Shown here in pieces: positions 17,479 to 27,370 of a stretch of 51,647 bases of DNA. A model generated the notes under the pieces. It was not told where the DNA came from and did not search any database. It worked only from the letters and a program-made list of their open reading frames with translations. This DNA is from Patescibacteria group bacterium (GTDB taxonomy: Bacteria > Patescibacteriota > Minisyncoccia > UBA6257 > GWB1-50-10): NCBI GenBank assembly GCA_040757555.1, contig JBFLWN010000001.1, positions 119,128 through 170,774 on the forward strand, read 5' to 3'. Both the position numbers and the translations under genes were made by a program. Each line of letters starts with the position of its first letter. The first letter of the stretch is position 1.

Positions 17479-19578
17479 ATGCCTAAAAAGAGAAAAAGGA
17501 AATCTTTGGCGAATGACGGAAAAAAAACTTTGGAAAAAGAGAAAGGGGGGAAACAATCTCAATACCCACTTCATCCGGAAATAAAAAAAAGCGTGTGGAT
17601 GGTCAGCTTCTTGGCGCTTGCGGTGATATCGCTTCTCGCGGGACTTGGTCAGGCAGGACCATGGGGAGAAGGAATTTATAACGGCCTCAAAACACTATTT
17701 GGATGGGGATACTTTTTTCTTCCTTTTTTATTCTTTGTACTCGCATTTTCCTTCATTTCGGAAGAACGGAAACAAATGCTTGGATTTCGTCTTATTAGTG
17801 GATTCTTTTTTATTGGTGCCGGGCTTGGATTTATCGATATTATCGCTCCAGAAAGCGGGGGACTCTTAGGAAACTTTGTTGGGTCGCTCAAACACCCCTT
17901 CGGTACCATCGCGGCACTCGTCATCACATTTACCATTCTTGTCATCTCTTTCCTTGTTACTATTAACAAACCAATTTCCTTCTTAAGGAAAAAATATGGA
18001 GATGAAAATGAAGAAGATGAAGAAGTAATTGTGCCCCCAAAAATGAGCGAGGTGCAAAACATACCACCACCTCCACAGGAAGAAAAACCAAAGAAAAAGG
18101 AAGAAATGGAGATAAGGGAAGCCGAATATCTGGAAAGCGGGAAAAAAATGAGCGATAAAATGAAACCAATACATAATTATGTGGCGCCTCCTCTTTCTCT
18201 CCTCTCCTCAACCATTGAAAAACCGACAATTGGGGACCTCCGTGCAAACGCGAATATCATAAAAAGAACACTTGAAAGTTTTGGAATCTCTGTAGAAATG
18301 GGAGAAATAAATGTGGGGCCAACCGTGACGAGATATACCCTAAAACCAGCTGAGGGGATGCGTCTCTCCCGAATTACTGCACTAAATCAGGATCTTGCGC
18401 TTGCGCTTGCAGCTCATCCCATTCGTATCGAAGCTCCAATTCCGGGAAAATCTCTTGCCGGAATCGAAGTCCCAAATAAATCCGCGGCAATTGTGCGCCT
18501 TGGAAGTATTCTCCTCTATCCCGATTTTCAAAAAGCCGATCCACTCACCTTTGCTCTTGGACGCGACGTAAGTGGTGAACCGATTTTCCAGGATATTGGG
18601 AAAATGCCCCACCTTTTGGTTGCAGGTGCGACAGGAAGCGGAAAATCTATCACTATCCATGATATTCTCATTTCTCTTCTCTTTAAAAATTCTCCTGATA
18701 TGTTGCGGATGATTATGATCGACCCGAAACGCGTAGAGCTCTCTATTTATGGTGGTATTCCCCATCTCCTTGCCCCCGTCATTACCGAAAATAAAAAAGC
18801 TATGGGAGCGCTTCGATGGGCAATACAAGAAATGGATCGACGATATCAACTCCTTCTCGAGTGTGGGGCGCGCGATCTAAAGAGTTATCAAAAACAAAAA
18901 AATGACCTTCCTTATATTGTTATCGTGATCGACGAATTGGCTGATCTTATGACTTCATATGGAAGAGAGGTGGAGGGCTCCATTATACGTCTCGCACAAA
19001 TGGCGCGTGCAACAGGCATTCATCTTATTGTCTCTACCCAACGCCCATCAGTGGAAATCATCACTGGTCTCATTAAAGCAAACATTACGACGAGAATTGC
19101 ACTCCAGGTAGCAAGTCAAATTGACTCCCGCACCATTCTCGATACCTCCGGTGCGGAAAAACTTCTTGGACACGGTGACTTATTGTTCTCATCGGCAGAA
19201 CTTTCAAAACCAAAACGCGTACAAGGTGCCTTTATTACTGAAGAAGAAATAAAAAGTGTGGTTAGTTTTATAAAGAAAAACAACAAAGGATTCGACGAAG
19301 AACAAATAAACGTGGAAAAATTGGGAGCTGAACCGGGAGAACAAAACGGAAGTAATGGAGAAATTAATTTTGATGATTATGAAGCCGCTGGAGATGATGA
19401 TCAATTATATGAGGATGCGGTTGAAATAGTCCGCTCGGCGAAAAAAGCATCCGCATCGCTCCTCCAAAGACGACTGAAAGTCGGATATGCTCGTGCCGCA
19501 CGTCTCATTGATATGATGGAAGAACGGGGAGTGGTTGGTCCTGGAGAAGGAGCAAAACCGCGGGACGTATTTCTTTAG
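17479..19578 (+). CDS. ftsK: DNA translocase FtsK
   Basis: N-terminal TM domain, GATGSGKS Walker A, IDELAD, ATGIHL and a C-terminal gamma domain (SLLQRRLKVGYARAARLID). Confidence 0.96.
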   Translation: MPKKRKRKSLANDGKKTLEKEKGGKQSQYPLHPEIKKSVWMVSFLALAVISLLAGLGQAGPWGEGIYNGLKTLFGWGYFFLPFLFFVLAFSFISEERKQMLGFRLISGFFFIGAGLGFIDIIAPESGGLLGNFVGSLKHPFGTIAALVITFTILVISFLVTINKPISFLRKKYGDENEEDEEVIVPPKMSEVQNIPPPPQEEKPKKKEEMEIREAEYLESGKKMSDKMKPIHNYVAPPLSLLSSTIEKPTIGDLRANANIIKRTLESFGISVEMGEINVGPTVTRYTLKPAEGMRLSRITALNQDLALALAAHPIRIEAPIPGKSLAGIEVPNKSAAIVRLGSILLYPDFQKADPLTFALGRDVSGEPIFQDIGKMPHLLVAGATGSGKSITIHDILISLLFKNSPDMLRMIMIDPKRVELSIYGGIPHLLAPVITENKKAMGALRWAIQEMDRRYQLLLECGARDLKSYQKQKNDLPYIVIVIDELADLMTSYGREVEGSIIRLAQMARATGIHLIVSTQRPSVEIITGLIKANITTRIALQVASQIDSRTILDTSGAEKLLGHGDLLFSSAELSKPKRVQGAFITEEEIKSVVSFIKKNNKGFDEEQINVEKLGAEPGEQNGSNGEINFDDYEAAGDDDQLYEDAVEIVRSAKKASASLLQRRLKVGYARAARLIDMMEERGVVGPGEGAKPRDVFL

Positions 19579-19635
19579 ACAAAACAATTGAATGGCTCGG
19601 AAAAATGTGTAATAGTAAACGTGTTAAGAAATACC

Positions 19636-20349
19636 ATGGAATCTGAAGAGAAAAACTTTTCCGAACTTATCGCAAATGCAATGAGGGTGAAGGGATTCAC
19701 TGTAGAAAAACTCGCACAAATAACGGGGATTTCCGATCGTTTTATAAAATATATTGTTGAAGGAGACTTAAAAAAACTTCCTTCTTCACCATACGTTCAT
19801 GGATATATATTGACGATTGCGAGTGCACTAGGTTTGGAGGGAGAGGAATTATGGGAAGAATATTTTCAAAAAAATCAGAATATAAGACGCGCGAGTCAAG
19901 CTGATGAACTTCCGGGAAATCGGTTTAAAACAAAACCAATAAACAAAAATATTATTATTGGAAGCATAATTTTGATTATTATTGCTGTTTTTGTATTTTG
20001 GCGCATTCAATCGCATGTGGGCGAACCATCACTTTCTCTCTCTGATTTTAAAGATGAGATGATTGTCGAACAAGAAACGTTTGACCTCAAGGGAAAAATT
20101 GATCCACGCGATCAACTCACCCTCAATGAGGAAATCCTCTATCCGGACATCGATGGAAATTTCCAAAAAACACTTTCACTTGAGCCGGGATTCAACACGC
20201 TTAACTTTAAAGTAAAGAAATTTTTGGGAGATGAGTATATAATTAAAAAACAAATATTTCTAAAAGTCGCAACAAGCAGTGAGGAAAAAACAGATAAAAA
20301 AACTCCTGCTTCTCAATTAGAAACCACAACTACAGAAAATGGCATTTAA
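19636..20349 (+). CDS. RodZ-like XRE HTH membrane protein
   Basis: HTH (LAQITGIS...PYVHGY), one TM and a C-terminal Ig-like segment; located between ftsK and recA. Confidence 0.75.
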   Translation: MESEEKNFSELIANAMRVKGFTVEKLAQITGISDRFIKYIVEGDLKKLPSSPYVHGYILTIASALGLEGEELWEEYFQKNQNIRRASQADELPGNRFKTKPINKNIIIGSIILIIIAVFVFWRIQSHVGEPSLSLSDFKDEMIVEQETFDLKGKIDPRDQLTLNEEILYPDIDGNFQKTLSLEPGFNTLNFKVKKFLGDEYIIKKQIFLKVATSSEEKTDKKTPASQLETTTTENGI

Positions 20350-21373
20350 TAAAAAAGTAAAAGAGGTAAAAGATAGCGGAAAAAGAGATGATTTGAACTC
20401 ACTTATGGAGTCGCTTCAAAGTCGTTTTGGCGAGGGGTCAATTATGACTCTCGGATCACAACTTCACACAAAGGTAGAAACGGTTCCGTCGGGATCGTTC
20501 TCACTTGATATCGCGCTTGGCGGAGGGATCCCAAAAGGAAGAATTATTGAGATATACGGACCGGAAAGTTCGGGAAAAACAACACTCGCACTTCATACAG
20601 TTGCTGAGGTTCAAAAAAGAGGGGGAAAAGCAGCATTTATTGATGCAGAACATGCACTTGATCCCGAATACGCAGCAAAAATAGGAGTAAAAGTAAAAGA
20701 TTTGATTATTTCACAACCCGATAATGGTGAAGAAGCTTTGAATATTCTTGAAAGTATTGTGAGATCGGGGATCATCAGCATTGTCGTTGTCGATTCGGTC
20801 GCTGCACTTACCCCACGCGCAGAAATAGAAGGAGAAATGGGCGCATCACACATCGGATTGCAAGCGCGATTACTTTCGCAAGCGCTTCGTAAGCTTACCG
20901 CAATCGCCGCAAAGACGGGAACAATTATTATTTTCATCAACCAACTTCGAATGAAAATCGGAATTATGTTTGGGAATCCAGAAACAACTCCCGGAGGCAT
21001 GGCACTAAAATTTTATTCATCGGTTCGCATCGACGTACGAAGAATTGCACAAATAAAAAAAGGTGATGAGGTAACCGGCAACAGAACGAAGGCAAAAGTA
21101 GTAAAAAATAAAGTTGCACCGCCATTTCGTATCGCTGAGTTTGATATTATGTATGGCGAGGGTATTTCGTATGAAGCTGATGTATTGAATACCGCAACAA
21201 AATATGAGGTGGTGAAGAAATCTGGTGCGAGTTACAGTTTCGGAGATGAAAAACTTGGTGTTGGATTCGATAATGTACGCGAAAAATTAAAAACCGACAA
21301 AAAAACACTAGAAGCAATAAAGAAAAAGACAAAAGAAACCTCGGAAGAAAAAGGAATTGTCTCCGAGGAATAG
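20339..21373 (+). CDS. recA: Recombinase RecA
   Basis: [34 protein letters not shown] and KNKVAPPF. Confidence 0.99.
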   Translation: MAFNKKVKEVKDSGKRDDLNSLMESLQSRFGEGSIMTLGSQLHTKVETVPSGSFSLDIALGGGIPKGRIIEIYGPESSGKTTLALHTVAEVQKRGGKAAFIDAEHALDPEYAAKIGVKVKDLIISQPDNGEEALNILESIVRSGIISIVVVDSVAALTPRAEIEGEMGASHIGLQARLLSQALRKLTAIAAKTGTIIIFINQLRMKIGIMFGNPETTPGGMALKFYSSVRIDVRRIAQIKKGDEVTGNRTKAKVVKNKVAPPFRIAEFDIMYGEGISYEADVLNTATKYEVVKKSGASYSFGDEKLGVGFDNVREKLKTDKKTLEAIKKKTKETSEEKGIVSEE

Positions 21374-21374
21374 G

Positions 21375-21405
21375 AAAATCCCTCCGTTTTAAACGGAGGG
21401 ATTTT
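21375..21405. terminator. Terminator after recA
   Basis: AAAATCCCTCCGTTT/AAACGGAGGGATTTT inverted repeat. Confidence 0.8.
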
Positions 21406-21528
21406 TATCCCACACATAAATATTTATACGTGGGACTCGTTATTTGTACCCATAAACCAACTGTGGATAAGCCAGGGAAAAGCCAAATAACCTATATAGA
21501 GAAACAAAAATATACTAGATTTTTTCTA

Positions 21529-22323
21529 CTATTTTTCGACTAACAAGAAGAAATTTTCGAGAAGTTTTACCACAAGTATTGGGCCAGTGCCGCCGGGCGT
21601 CGGGGTAAAATCGACGTTTGATTCATTGGGATTAAAATCACCACAAATTTTTCCATCTTTCATTCCATATCCGAAATCAATCACCAAAACTTTTTCTTTT
21701 AACATCATTTTTGAAATAAGATGTGGTTGGCCAGTGCCAAGTATCACTATATCGGCATTTTTAAGGAGTGAATAATCACTTCCTTTGTCCAAAAGATATA
21801 AATCTGAGACCTTTCCCTTGAGCCACGTTGCAATTGGTTTTCCGACAAGGGCTCCAAGCCCTACCACAGCAACTTTTTTTTCGTTCAAATTAATATTTTG
21901 ATTTTTTAATATTTCTTCAACCACACCAACTGCGGGGGGTGATATAAAATTTCTTTCTGCATAAAACGCGCCAAGAGCACGCTCACCCAACACATCAACA
22001 TCTTTTTCTCTTGGAATTACATTCATCACATATTGTGCATTGATGTGTGCAGGAAGAGGAAGTTGCACAATTACTCCGCCACATGTTTTGTGATTTGCAA
22101 TTTTCAAAATTTCTTTCCGCAATTTATCTTGCGTGATCTGTTCTTCAAATTTAAATACTCTGAAATCAATATCAAGTGAACGGGCAATTTTTTCTTTCTG
22201 TTTTAAAAAACTTACCGATGCGGGATTTTCTCCCACTAAAAACGCTGCAAAAAACTTTTTTGTTTTCTTATCCTTTAATCTATTTAAGATCTCCTCAGCA
22301 ATTTTCTTCCCATCAATAATCAT
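21529..22323 (-). CDS. folD: Bifunctional methylene-THF dehydrogenase/cyclohydrolase
   Basis: MIIDGKKIA, VQLPLP, KDVD, VIDFG and TPTPGGTGP; start overlaps the glyA stop. Confidence 0.92.
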   Translation of the reverse strand: MIIDGKKIAEEILNRLKDKKTKKFFAAFLVGENPASVSFLKQKEKIARSLDIDFRVFKFEEQITQDKLRKEILKIANHKTCGGVIVQLPLPAHINAQYVMNVIPREKDVDVLGERALGAFYAERNFISPPAVGVVEEILKNQNINLNEKKVAVVGLGALVGKPIATWLKGKVSDLYLLDKGSDYSLLKNADIVILGTGQPHLISKMMLKEKVLVIDFGYGMKDGKICGDFNPNESNVDFTPTPGGTGPILVVKLLENFFLLVEK

Positions 22324-23540
22324 TTGGTTCTAAATTGTTTGCAAAGTTTTTTTACTTCTCCACGAATTATCGACTCAGATTGTTTTTTCAATAGTGTGTA
22401 GGAAATTAAACGCGCAATCATCCTCATTTCTCTTTCTTTCATTCCGCGAGTGGTAAGTGCTGGAGTTCCGAGACGAATTCCTGATGGGTTGGTGGGTTTT
22501 TGTGTATCGTAAGGAATTGTGTTTTTATTCACAATAATTCCGACACCTTCCAACAAATCACTTGCCTTGCCTCCACTCATTCCTTTTTCCATTATATCAA
22601 CCAAAAATAGGTGTGAATCGGTGCCACCAGCAATAATTCTCCATCCAAGTTTTTTAAGTTCTTCCGCAAGTGCCCTCGCATTTTTCACTACTTGTTTTGA
22701 ATATGCTTTAAATTGATTTGTGTCGGCCTCGCGTAATGCAATTCCGATTGCCGCAATTGTATTCATATGTGGTCCACCCTGGAGTCCCGGAAAAACAATT
22801 TTGTTAATTTGTGAAGAAAACTCTTTTTTCGAAAAAATAAGTGCTGCTCGCGGACCGCGAAGTGTTTTGTGTGTGGTGGTGGTTACGACATCGGCATATT
22901 TGAACGGGGATGGATATGCGCCCCCCGCAACAAGTCCTGCAAAATGCGACATATCCACCATAAATATCGCCCCCACTGTATCTGCAATGTTCCTCATTTT
23001 TTTGAAATCAATAATTCTCGCATACGCACTTCCCCCCGCGATAATAAGTGCCGGTTTTTCTTTTTTCGCAATTTTCAAAACTTCATCATAATTTATCTTC
23101 TCGGTTTTTTTATCCACTCCGTAGGGAACTTGCTTCCATAGCTTTCCCGTCACACTTGCACGATATCCGTGGGTGAGATGACCACCCATATCGAGTGCCA
23201 TTGCCATAATTTTTGAACCAACGGGAATGAGTGCGTGATACACCGCAATATTTGCGGGGGATCCGGAATATGGTTGCACATTCACATCCCACGTCTTTGA
23301 AGAAATTTTAAATAGTTTTAATGCACGCGATTGTACCAACTCTTCAAGTTCGTCCACGTGCTTATTACCTGCATAATAACGCGCTCGCGGATATCCCTCA
23401 GCGTATTTATTGGTAAATACACTTGCCAGGGCCTCGCGCACACTTAGCGAAACATAATTTTCTGAAGCGATAAGATTCAACGTCTCATTTTCGCAGGTCT
23501 CTTCATTTTTAATAAGTTTTTGTATTTGTTTATCTTTCAT
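22320..23540 (-). CDS. glyA: Serine hydroxymethyltransferase
   Basis: LIASEN, NKYAEGYP, GGHLTHG, TTTTHKTLRGPR, QGGP and SGIRLGT. Confidence 0.98.
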   Translation of the reverse strand: MKDKQIQKLIKNEETCENETLNLIASENYVSLSVREALASVFTNKYAEGYPRARYYAGNKHVDELEELVQSRALKLFKISSKTWDVNVQPYSGSPANIAVYHALIPVGSKIMAMALDMGGHLTHGYRASVTGKLWKQVPYGVDKKTEKINYDEVLKIAKKEKPALIIAGGSAYARIIDFKKMRNIADTVGAIFMVDMSHFAGLVAGGAYPSPFKYADVVTTTTHKTLRGPRAALIFSKKEFSSQINKIVFPGLQGGPHMNTIAAIGIALREADTNQFKAYSKQVVKNARALAEELKKLGWRIIAGGTDSHLFLVDIMEKGMSGGKASDLLEGVGIIVNKNTIPYDTQKPTNPSGIRLGTPALTTRGMKEREMRMIARLISYTLLKKQSESIIRGEVKKLCKQFRTK

Positions 23541-23656
23541 CCCGTTAGAGGTAGATCGCGATCAGCGCACGACCCACTTTTTAAAAATTCGACTATCGTA
23601 TGTTATAAAAACATCACTAACAAACCCTTATCCCGCGATCGCGACCTCTAACGGGA
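23540..23656. mobile_element. MITE-like element A (117 bp) with 13-bp terminal inverted repeats
   Basis: TCCCGTTAGAGGT (23540-23552) / ACCTCTAACGGGA (23644-23656); non-coding interior. Mobility is inferred. Confidence 0.55.
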
Positions 23657-23694
23657 CAAGTACGTTTTTAATTTACTCCAAAATAAAACAGAAA

Positions 23695-23716
23695 GCCACC
23701 GCAATTTCGCGGTGGC
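23695..23716 (-). terminator. Terminator-like hairpin
   Basis: GCCACCGC-N6-GCGGTGGC after 23724..24347. Confidence 0.65.
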
Positions 23717-23723
23717 GCTGTAA

Positions 23724-24347
23724 TTAAAACGGATATGATTTTTTTAACGCGAGGTATATTTTATAACTTCTATTACCCCACGTTTCAAAACCAAGAGATT
23801 TTAAGGTATCGTGTAGCGTCCAAAAATTCCTTTCTGCTACTTCCTCTTTCCTTTCTATCTCTGTAAGTTCCTTCAGTAGTTCGCTGATTTCTTCGCGCGT
23901 GAAAATATTTCTTTTATCCTCTTTTTCTTTGTTTTCTTTTCTAAATTCCTTCTCTAATTCATATGTGCGATCAAGCTCCTCGGCTCGTTTTTTTAAAACC
24001 TGATCAAAAAGTTTTTGATAGTGTTTTACAAAACCATCTTGTCCAAGTTCTTTTTGTTTTTCTTCGAGACAAAGAAAAATCTGAAACGCACCATCAGAAA
24101 TATTCGGAATTTCTTTATGGAGATTTCTTGCTTCATCTCCATCACATATAAACTTGGAAAAATAGTAAGACTCAATCTCTTTTGCAAAAAGATCAAGTGG
24201 GTTTTTATCAACCCTATCTTCTTTTTTTGTATTTTCATCCTTTTTTGTTTTCCTTTTGAGGGGATGAAAATATGTAAAAATTGAAAAAGTAATTTGTAGC
24301 AGAACAAGAAAAATAAAAGCGTAAGAAACTAATTGATTCTGAAACAT
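23724..24347 (-). CDS. Hypothetical membrane-anchored coiled-coil protein
   Basis: N-terminal TM, Glu/Lys-rich helices and an AAGGAGG SD. Confidence 0.7.
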   Translation of the reverse strand: MFQNQLVSYAFIFLVLLQITFSIFTYFHPLKRKTKKDENTKKEDRVDKNPLDLFAKEIESYYFSKFICDGDEARNLHKEIPNISDGAFQIFLCLEEKQKELGQDGFVKHYQKLFDQVLKKRAEELDRTYELEKEFRKENKEKEDKRNIFTREEISELLKELTEIERKEEVAERNFWTLHDTLKSLGFETWGNRSYKIYLALKKSYPF

Positions 24348-24435
24348 TTTCTAATCCTCCTTTCCTTGCCCTTTCCGTCGGGCGCGGAGATTAGTTAATA
24401 AATTATTAATTTGCGCTCCAATATGGAGTGTAATG

Positions 24436-24464
24436 ATTATACCACCTTATCTACCAAGTGTCAA
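24436..24464 (-). promoter_or_regulatory. Consensus sigma70 promoter
   Basis: TTGACA-N17-TATAAT with GGTGG immediately before the -10. Confidence 0.8.
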
Positions 24465-24508
24465 ATTCAACATGTAGATTCGTTTTTGTTATCGTGATTG
24501 TGCCTGTG

Positions 24509-24546
24509 CATAACACAATACCGCCGAACGGCGATATTGTGTTATA
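24509..24546 (+). repeat. 38-bp dyad site, copy 3
   Basis: CATAACAC-AATACCG-CCG-AA-CGG-CGATATT-GTGTTATA; this copy can also fold as a near-perfect hairpin. Confidence 0.85.
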
Positions 24547-24677
24547 TATAAACCTATTTTTAATTTTAATAAAACAAAAGCGGGACGTAGGCCATAATAA
24601 GACCTAAAACAAGAATTCCCACTACAATACTCACCAATACTCTATGTTTTTTTCCCATATATAGATATTATACCAAG

Positions 24678-25253
24678 TTAAAACAAACTTTCTTGAGGCG
24701 CCTCATGATCCTCTTCTCTAAAGGTTATTTCCGCCTTTCCCATCTGCGGAACGTTTCGCTGGGGGATCCAGAGATATCCCTGTTTTTTGATTAAATCAAA
24801 AATCTCTTTTGTGAGGCGCACATCCTGGGTGCAATAATCTTTCAACTTTTGTATTTCACCATTTCGATACCAATCAATCGCATCAAGTCCATGTCCGGTT
24901 TTTTTCATTCCCAAATTTGCTTCACCCAATAAGTCCAAACTAATGCGTCGTCCCCAACTGTTTTCAATCTGTTCCAAAATATCATAATGGGGCACCGCTT
25001 CAAGATTATATTTAAAATATTTATTTAAAACCGGCACATCAAAACGTTTACTCGCAAATCCGATGATAAGACCCGCGTTTTGCATCATATCCGCAAGCGC
25101 CTCAAATTCATGCTCCTCGAAACAAATATATTCATCTTTCAGATATGAATATGCGCATACCACCGATACTTCCAGCTTATCGATGTTTTGGTCTCCTCCC
25201 ACATCCGCAAATGTGTTCTTTGTTTCAATATCAAAAACAATTTTATCTTTCAT
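24678..25253 (-). CDS. RNase H-like DEDD exonuclease-family protein (YprB/RNase_H_2-like)
   Basis: VFDIETK, FDVPVL and YCTQDV acidic motifs. Confidence 0.82.
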   Translation of the reverse strand: MKDKIVFDIETKNTFADVGGDQNIDKLEVSVVCAYSYLKDEYICFEEHEFEALADMMQNAGLIIGFASKRFDVPVLNKYFKYNLEAVPHYDILEQIENSWGRRISLDLLGEANLGMKKTGHGLDAIDWYRNGEIQKLKDYCTQDVRLTKEIFDLIKKQGYLWIPQRNVPQMGKAEITFREEDHEAPQESLF

Positions 25254-25321
25254 TGCTCAATTAATTTATCGTTCTATTCTTGCAAGAATTCGTGATTAAG
25301 TCAAAAATATCTCACTCTATT

Positions 25322-25675
25322 TTATTTTTTAAAAATTGATTTGGTATTTGAATAAGCGATTTTTATTCCAACACCGAGAAAAATCAAACCAAGGAAAAAT
25401 GGGGGAATGGCGGAGATACTAGTTATATTAAAATTTAGGAATGAAACATTAAAGACAAAAAATACCAGAAAACCACCAATTACTATAAGAATAAGTGAAA
25501 AACATATGATCACTATTTTCATCAACAACGATCGGGATGAGGGAACGTCTCCCATGTTTTGATACATTCGTCTTGTCATTTCATTCACCCACATTGGACC
25601 ACCTATATTTGGTGGCACACCTATTCTTTCTGAGTTGATTTGATTTAACTTTTTATTCTCTCCTTTTTGATTCAT
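25322..25675 (-). CDS. Hypothetical membrane protein (2 TM)
   Basis: 117 aa; soluble N-terminus followed by two hydrophobic helices. Confidence 0.6.
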   Translation of the reverse strand: MNQKGENKKLNQINSERIGVPPNIGGPMWVNEMTRRMYQNMGDVPSSRSLLMKIVIICFSLILIVIGGFLVFFVFNVSFLNFNITSISAIPPFFLGLIFLGVGIKIAYSNTKSIFKK

Positions 25676-25721
25676 ATATCGTTATTTTTTACTCAAAAAT
25701 GGAAACAAAAAAAACAAACAA

Positions 25722-26207
25722 CTACCGCACGTGACGGTCAGCAACTTTCGAGGCAGCATAGCTATGGGGTTTTGTTTTCACTTCAAAGTTATTTGCGCGA
25801 ATCATTCCTACCACTTCCTGAATCAATGCTTTCGTGGGACCTACCTCGCCGATATCCGCATGTATTTCAAAATCCCAATGAGGGAGATCCGAATTCTTTT
25901 TTAATTCTTCCAACACTTCCTTTGCGGTGTCGATTGAGAATAGTACTTCCTGAATAATCCTATCCCGCAATGTATAAAATTTTCCTTTTTCAAACCCCCT
26001 CCAAAAATATCGCCCGCCATTTCCCACGCGATATACTACTACCACGGTTACAAAATCCGCGTTTTTGCTCGGGAGGTACAGCGAGTCGGTGCCGATGATG
26101 ATTTTATACGTGCTATTCACATCATTCTTCAAATATTGAACAACGTCTTTTACCACTTCTTCGAGTGGTATTTGCACGCCGAATGAATTTTTGAATAACA
26201 CCTGCAT
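25722..26207 (-). CDS. RNase H-like YkuK (DUF458) family protein
   Basis: IIGTDS, GNGGRYF, EVLFS, EIHADIG and KPHSYAASKVADRH. Confidence 0.85.
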   Translation of the reverse strand: MQVLFKNSFGVQIPLEEVVKDVVQYLKNDVNSTYKIIIGTDSLYLPSKNADFVTVVVVYRVGNGGRYFWRGFEKGKFYTLRDRIIQEVLFSIDTAKEVLEELKKNSDLPHWDFEIHADIGEVGPTKALIQEVVGMIRANNFEVKTKPHSYAASKVADRHVR

Positions 26208-26251
26208 TCTTCCACCTTATGCCGAAGCCACCCCCTCGTCAATATTTAGAA

Positions 26252-26275
26252 AAAACCCAACGTCAGTTGGGTTTT
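26252..26275 (-). terminator. Terminator-like hairpin
   Basis: AAAACCCAAC-GTCA-GTTGGGTTTT after the radical SAM gene. Confidence 0.7.
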
Positions 26276-26281
26276 ATAAAT

Positions 26282-27226
26282 TTATACACTAAATACTTCA
26301 CGAGCAATTTTTCTTACCGCTCTTCTTGCTCTTATTTTCTGTCCTTCGGTTTTGATATTCGGTTTTGCATATTTTCCATGAAAAAAATGAATTCGTGGGG
26401 AATAGAGACTTACCACTCGTTCGGGATATTTTTTTCTTGTGGTTCTCAAAATTTCCGAACACTCGGTTGGTGAAACCGGGTTCCATATTCCCTTAAGCCA
26501 CAAATTATGACTCTTTGCGCCAAGACGGGGAATACACGCACAGAACGCAACCTCATACACCTCGAGGGTGTCGAGCGCAAATTGTGCCGTTTCAAGGGCC
26601 TTCCGCACCGGATCTTCCACAAGTGGGGGACCAATTAATACGTTTGCGCCAACTCTTGCGCCATGCGAGCGAACAAACTTTGAAAAACGAATAAAATCAT
26701 TCAATGTGCATTCTTTGTGTATGATCTTCAAGTCATCATTATTCGCAACCTCGAGGCCGGTAAACATCACTATATACGGTTTGAATTCGGTATCCATGGC
26801 AAAAAATATTTCTTCCGCCCTCATTTTTGCCAATTCTTTGTAATCACTTTTATGTTGCGCGCGAAACATTATTTCCAACGCTTTCTGTGTTTTTGTTTTG
26901 TTCATAAGTGTCGCGCGACACTGTGTGTGTAATTCGAGATTGTGTAGCTCAACAAAACGATAAATGTGATCCCGCACCTCTTTTGGTACTTCAACAAACC
27001 AACTTCCATTTGTTTCAACCAAAATTTTCTTTTTTTTGAATATATCCTCTCGGTTTTCTTTTTTATTCACAAATTCATCAAAGTGACTAATTTGTTCAGA
27101 AATGGAAACCGGAATAGGCGACACACAATTCTTCATTGTATGAAATGCACAAAACGTACATCCACCCTTGTTATACACGTGGTGGCAAATGTGTTCAGAA
27201 TACGGATAATATTTGAAACTCATCAC
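26282..27226 (-). CDS. Radical SAM protein, RaSEA/TIGR01210-like
   Basis: CX8CX2C motif (CHHVYNKGGCTFC), TNGSW, TGLEVAN, IHKEC, VLIGPP and LWLKGIWNP recall the archaeal TIGR01210 pattern; AAGGAG SD. Confidence 0.72.
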   Translation of the reverse strand: MMSFKYYPYSEHICHHVYNKGGCTFCAFHTMKNCVSPIPVSISEQISHFDEFVNKKENREDIFKKKKILVETNGSWFVEVPKEVRDHIYRFVELHNLELHTQCRATLMNKTKTQKALEIMFRAQHKSDYKELAKMRAEEIFFAMDTEFKPYIVMFTGLEVANNDDLKIIHKECTLNDFIRFSKFVRSHGARVGANVLIGPPLVEDPVRKALETAQFALDTLEVYEVAFCACIPRLGAKSHNLWLKGIWNPVSPTECSEILRTTRKKYPERVVSLYSPRIHFFHGKYAKPNIKTEGQKIRARRAVRKIAREVFSV

Positions 27227-27273
27227 TTATCTCCTTGTATAAAATTATTAATTTAGATTCATTTACTACCCAC

Positions 27274-27303
27274 AAAATACCACCTATAAGTTGGCGGTGT
27301 CAA
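27274..27303 (-). promoter_or_regulatory. sigma70 promoter of the radical SAM gene
   Basis: TTGACA-N18-TATTTT with GGTGG before the -10. Confidence 0.65.
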
Positions 27304-27370
27304 TTTTTATATAAGAGACTTGTAAATTAGGATGTTTGAATGATATGCTAGGAAAAGCAGATATGGTGAT

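Noticed and set aside
21462-21470. Replication origin
   Set aside because: A single perfect DnaA box with no cluster and no dnaA/dnaN nearby.
23541-23700. ZTP or THF riboswitch upstream of glyA-folD
   Set aside because: The expected conserved aptamer segments are not visible, and the region is accounted for by the inverted-repeat element. An Infernal search would settle it.
26282-27226. Archaeosine pathway
   Set aside because: No arcTGT, ArcS or que genes in the window, and the adjacent tRNA-Ile has A15. The family resemblance is kept but the function is not assigned.
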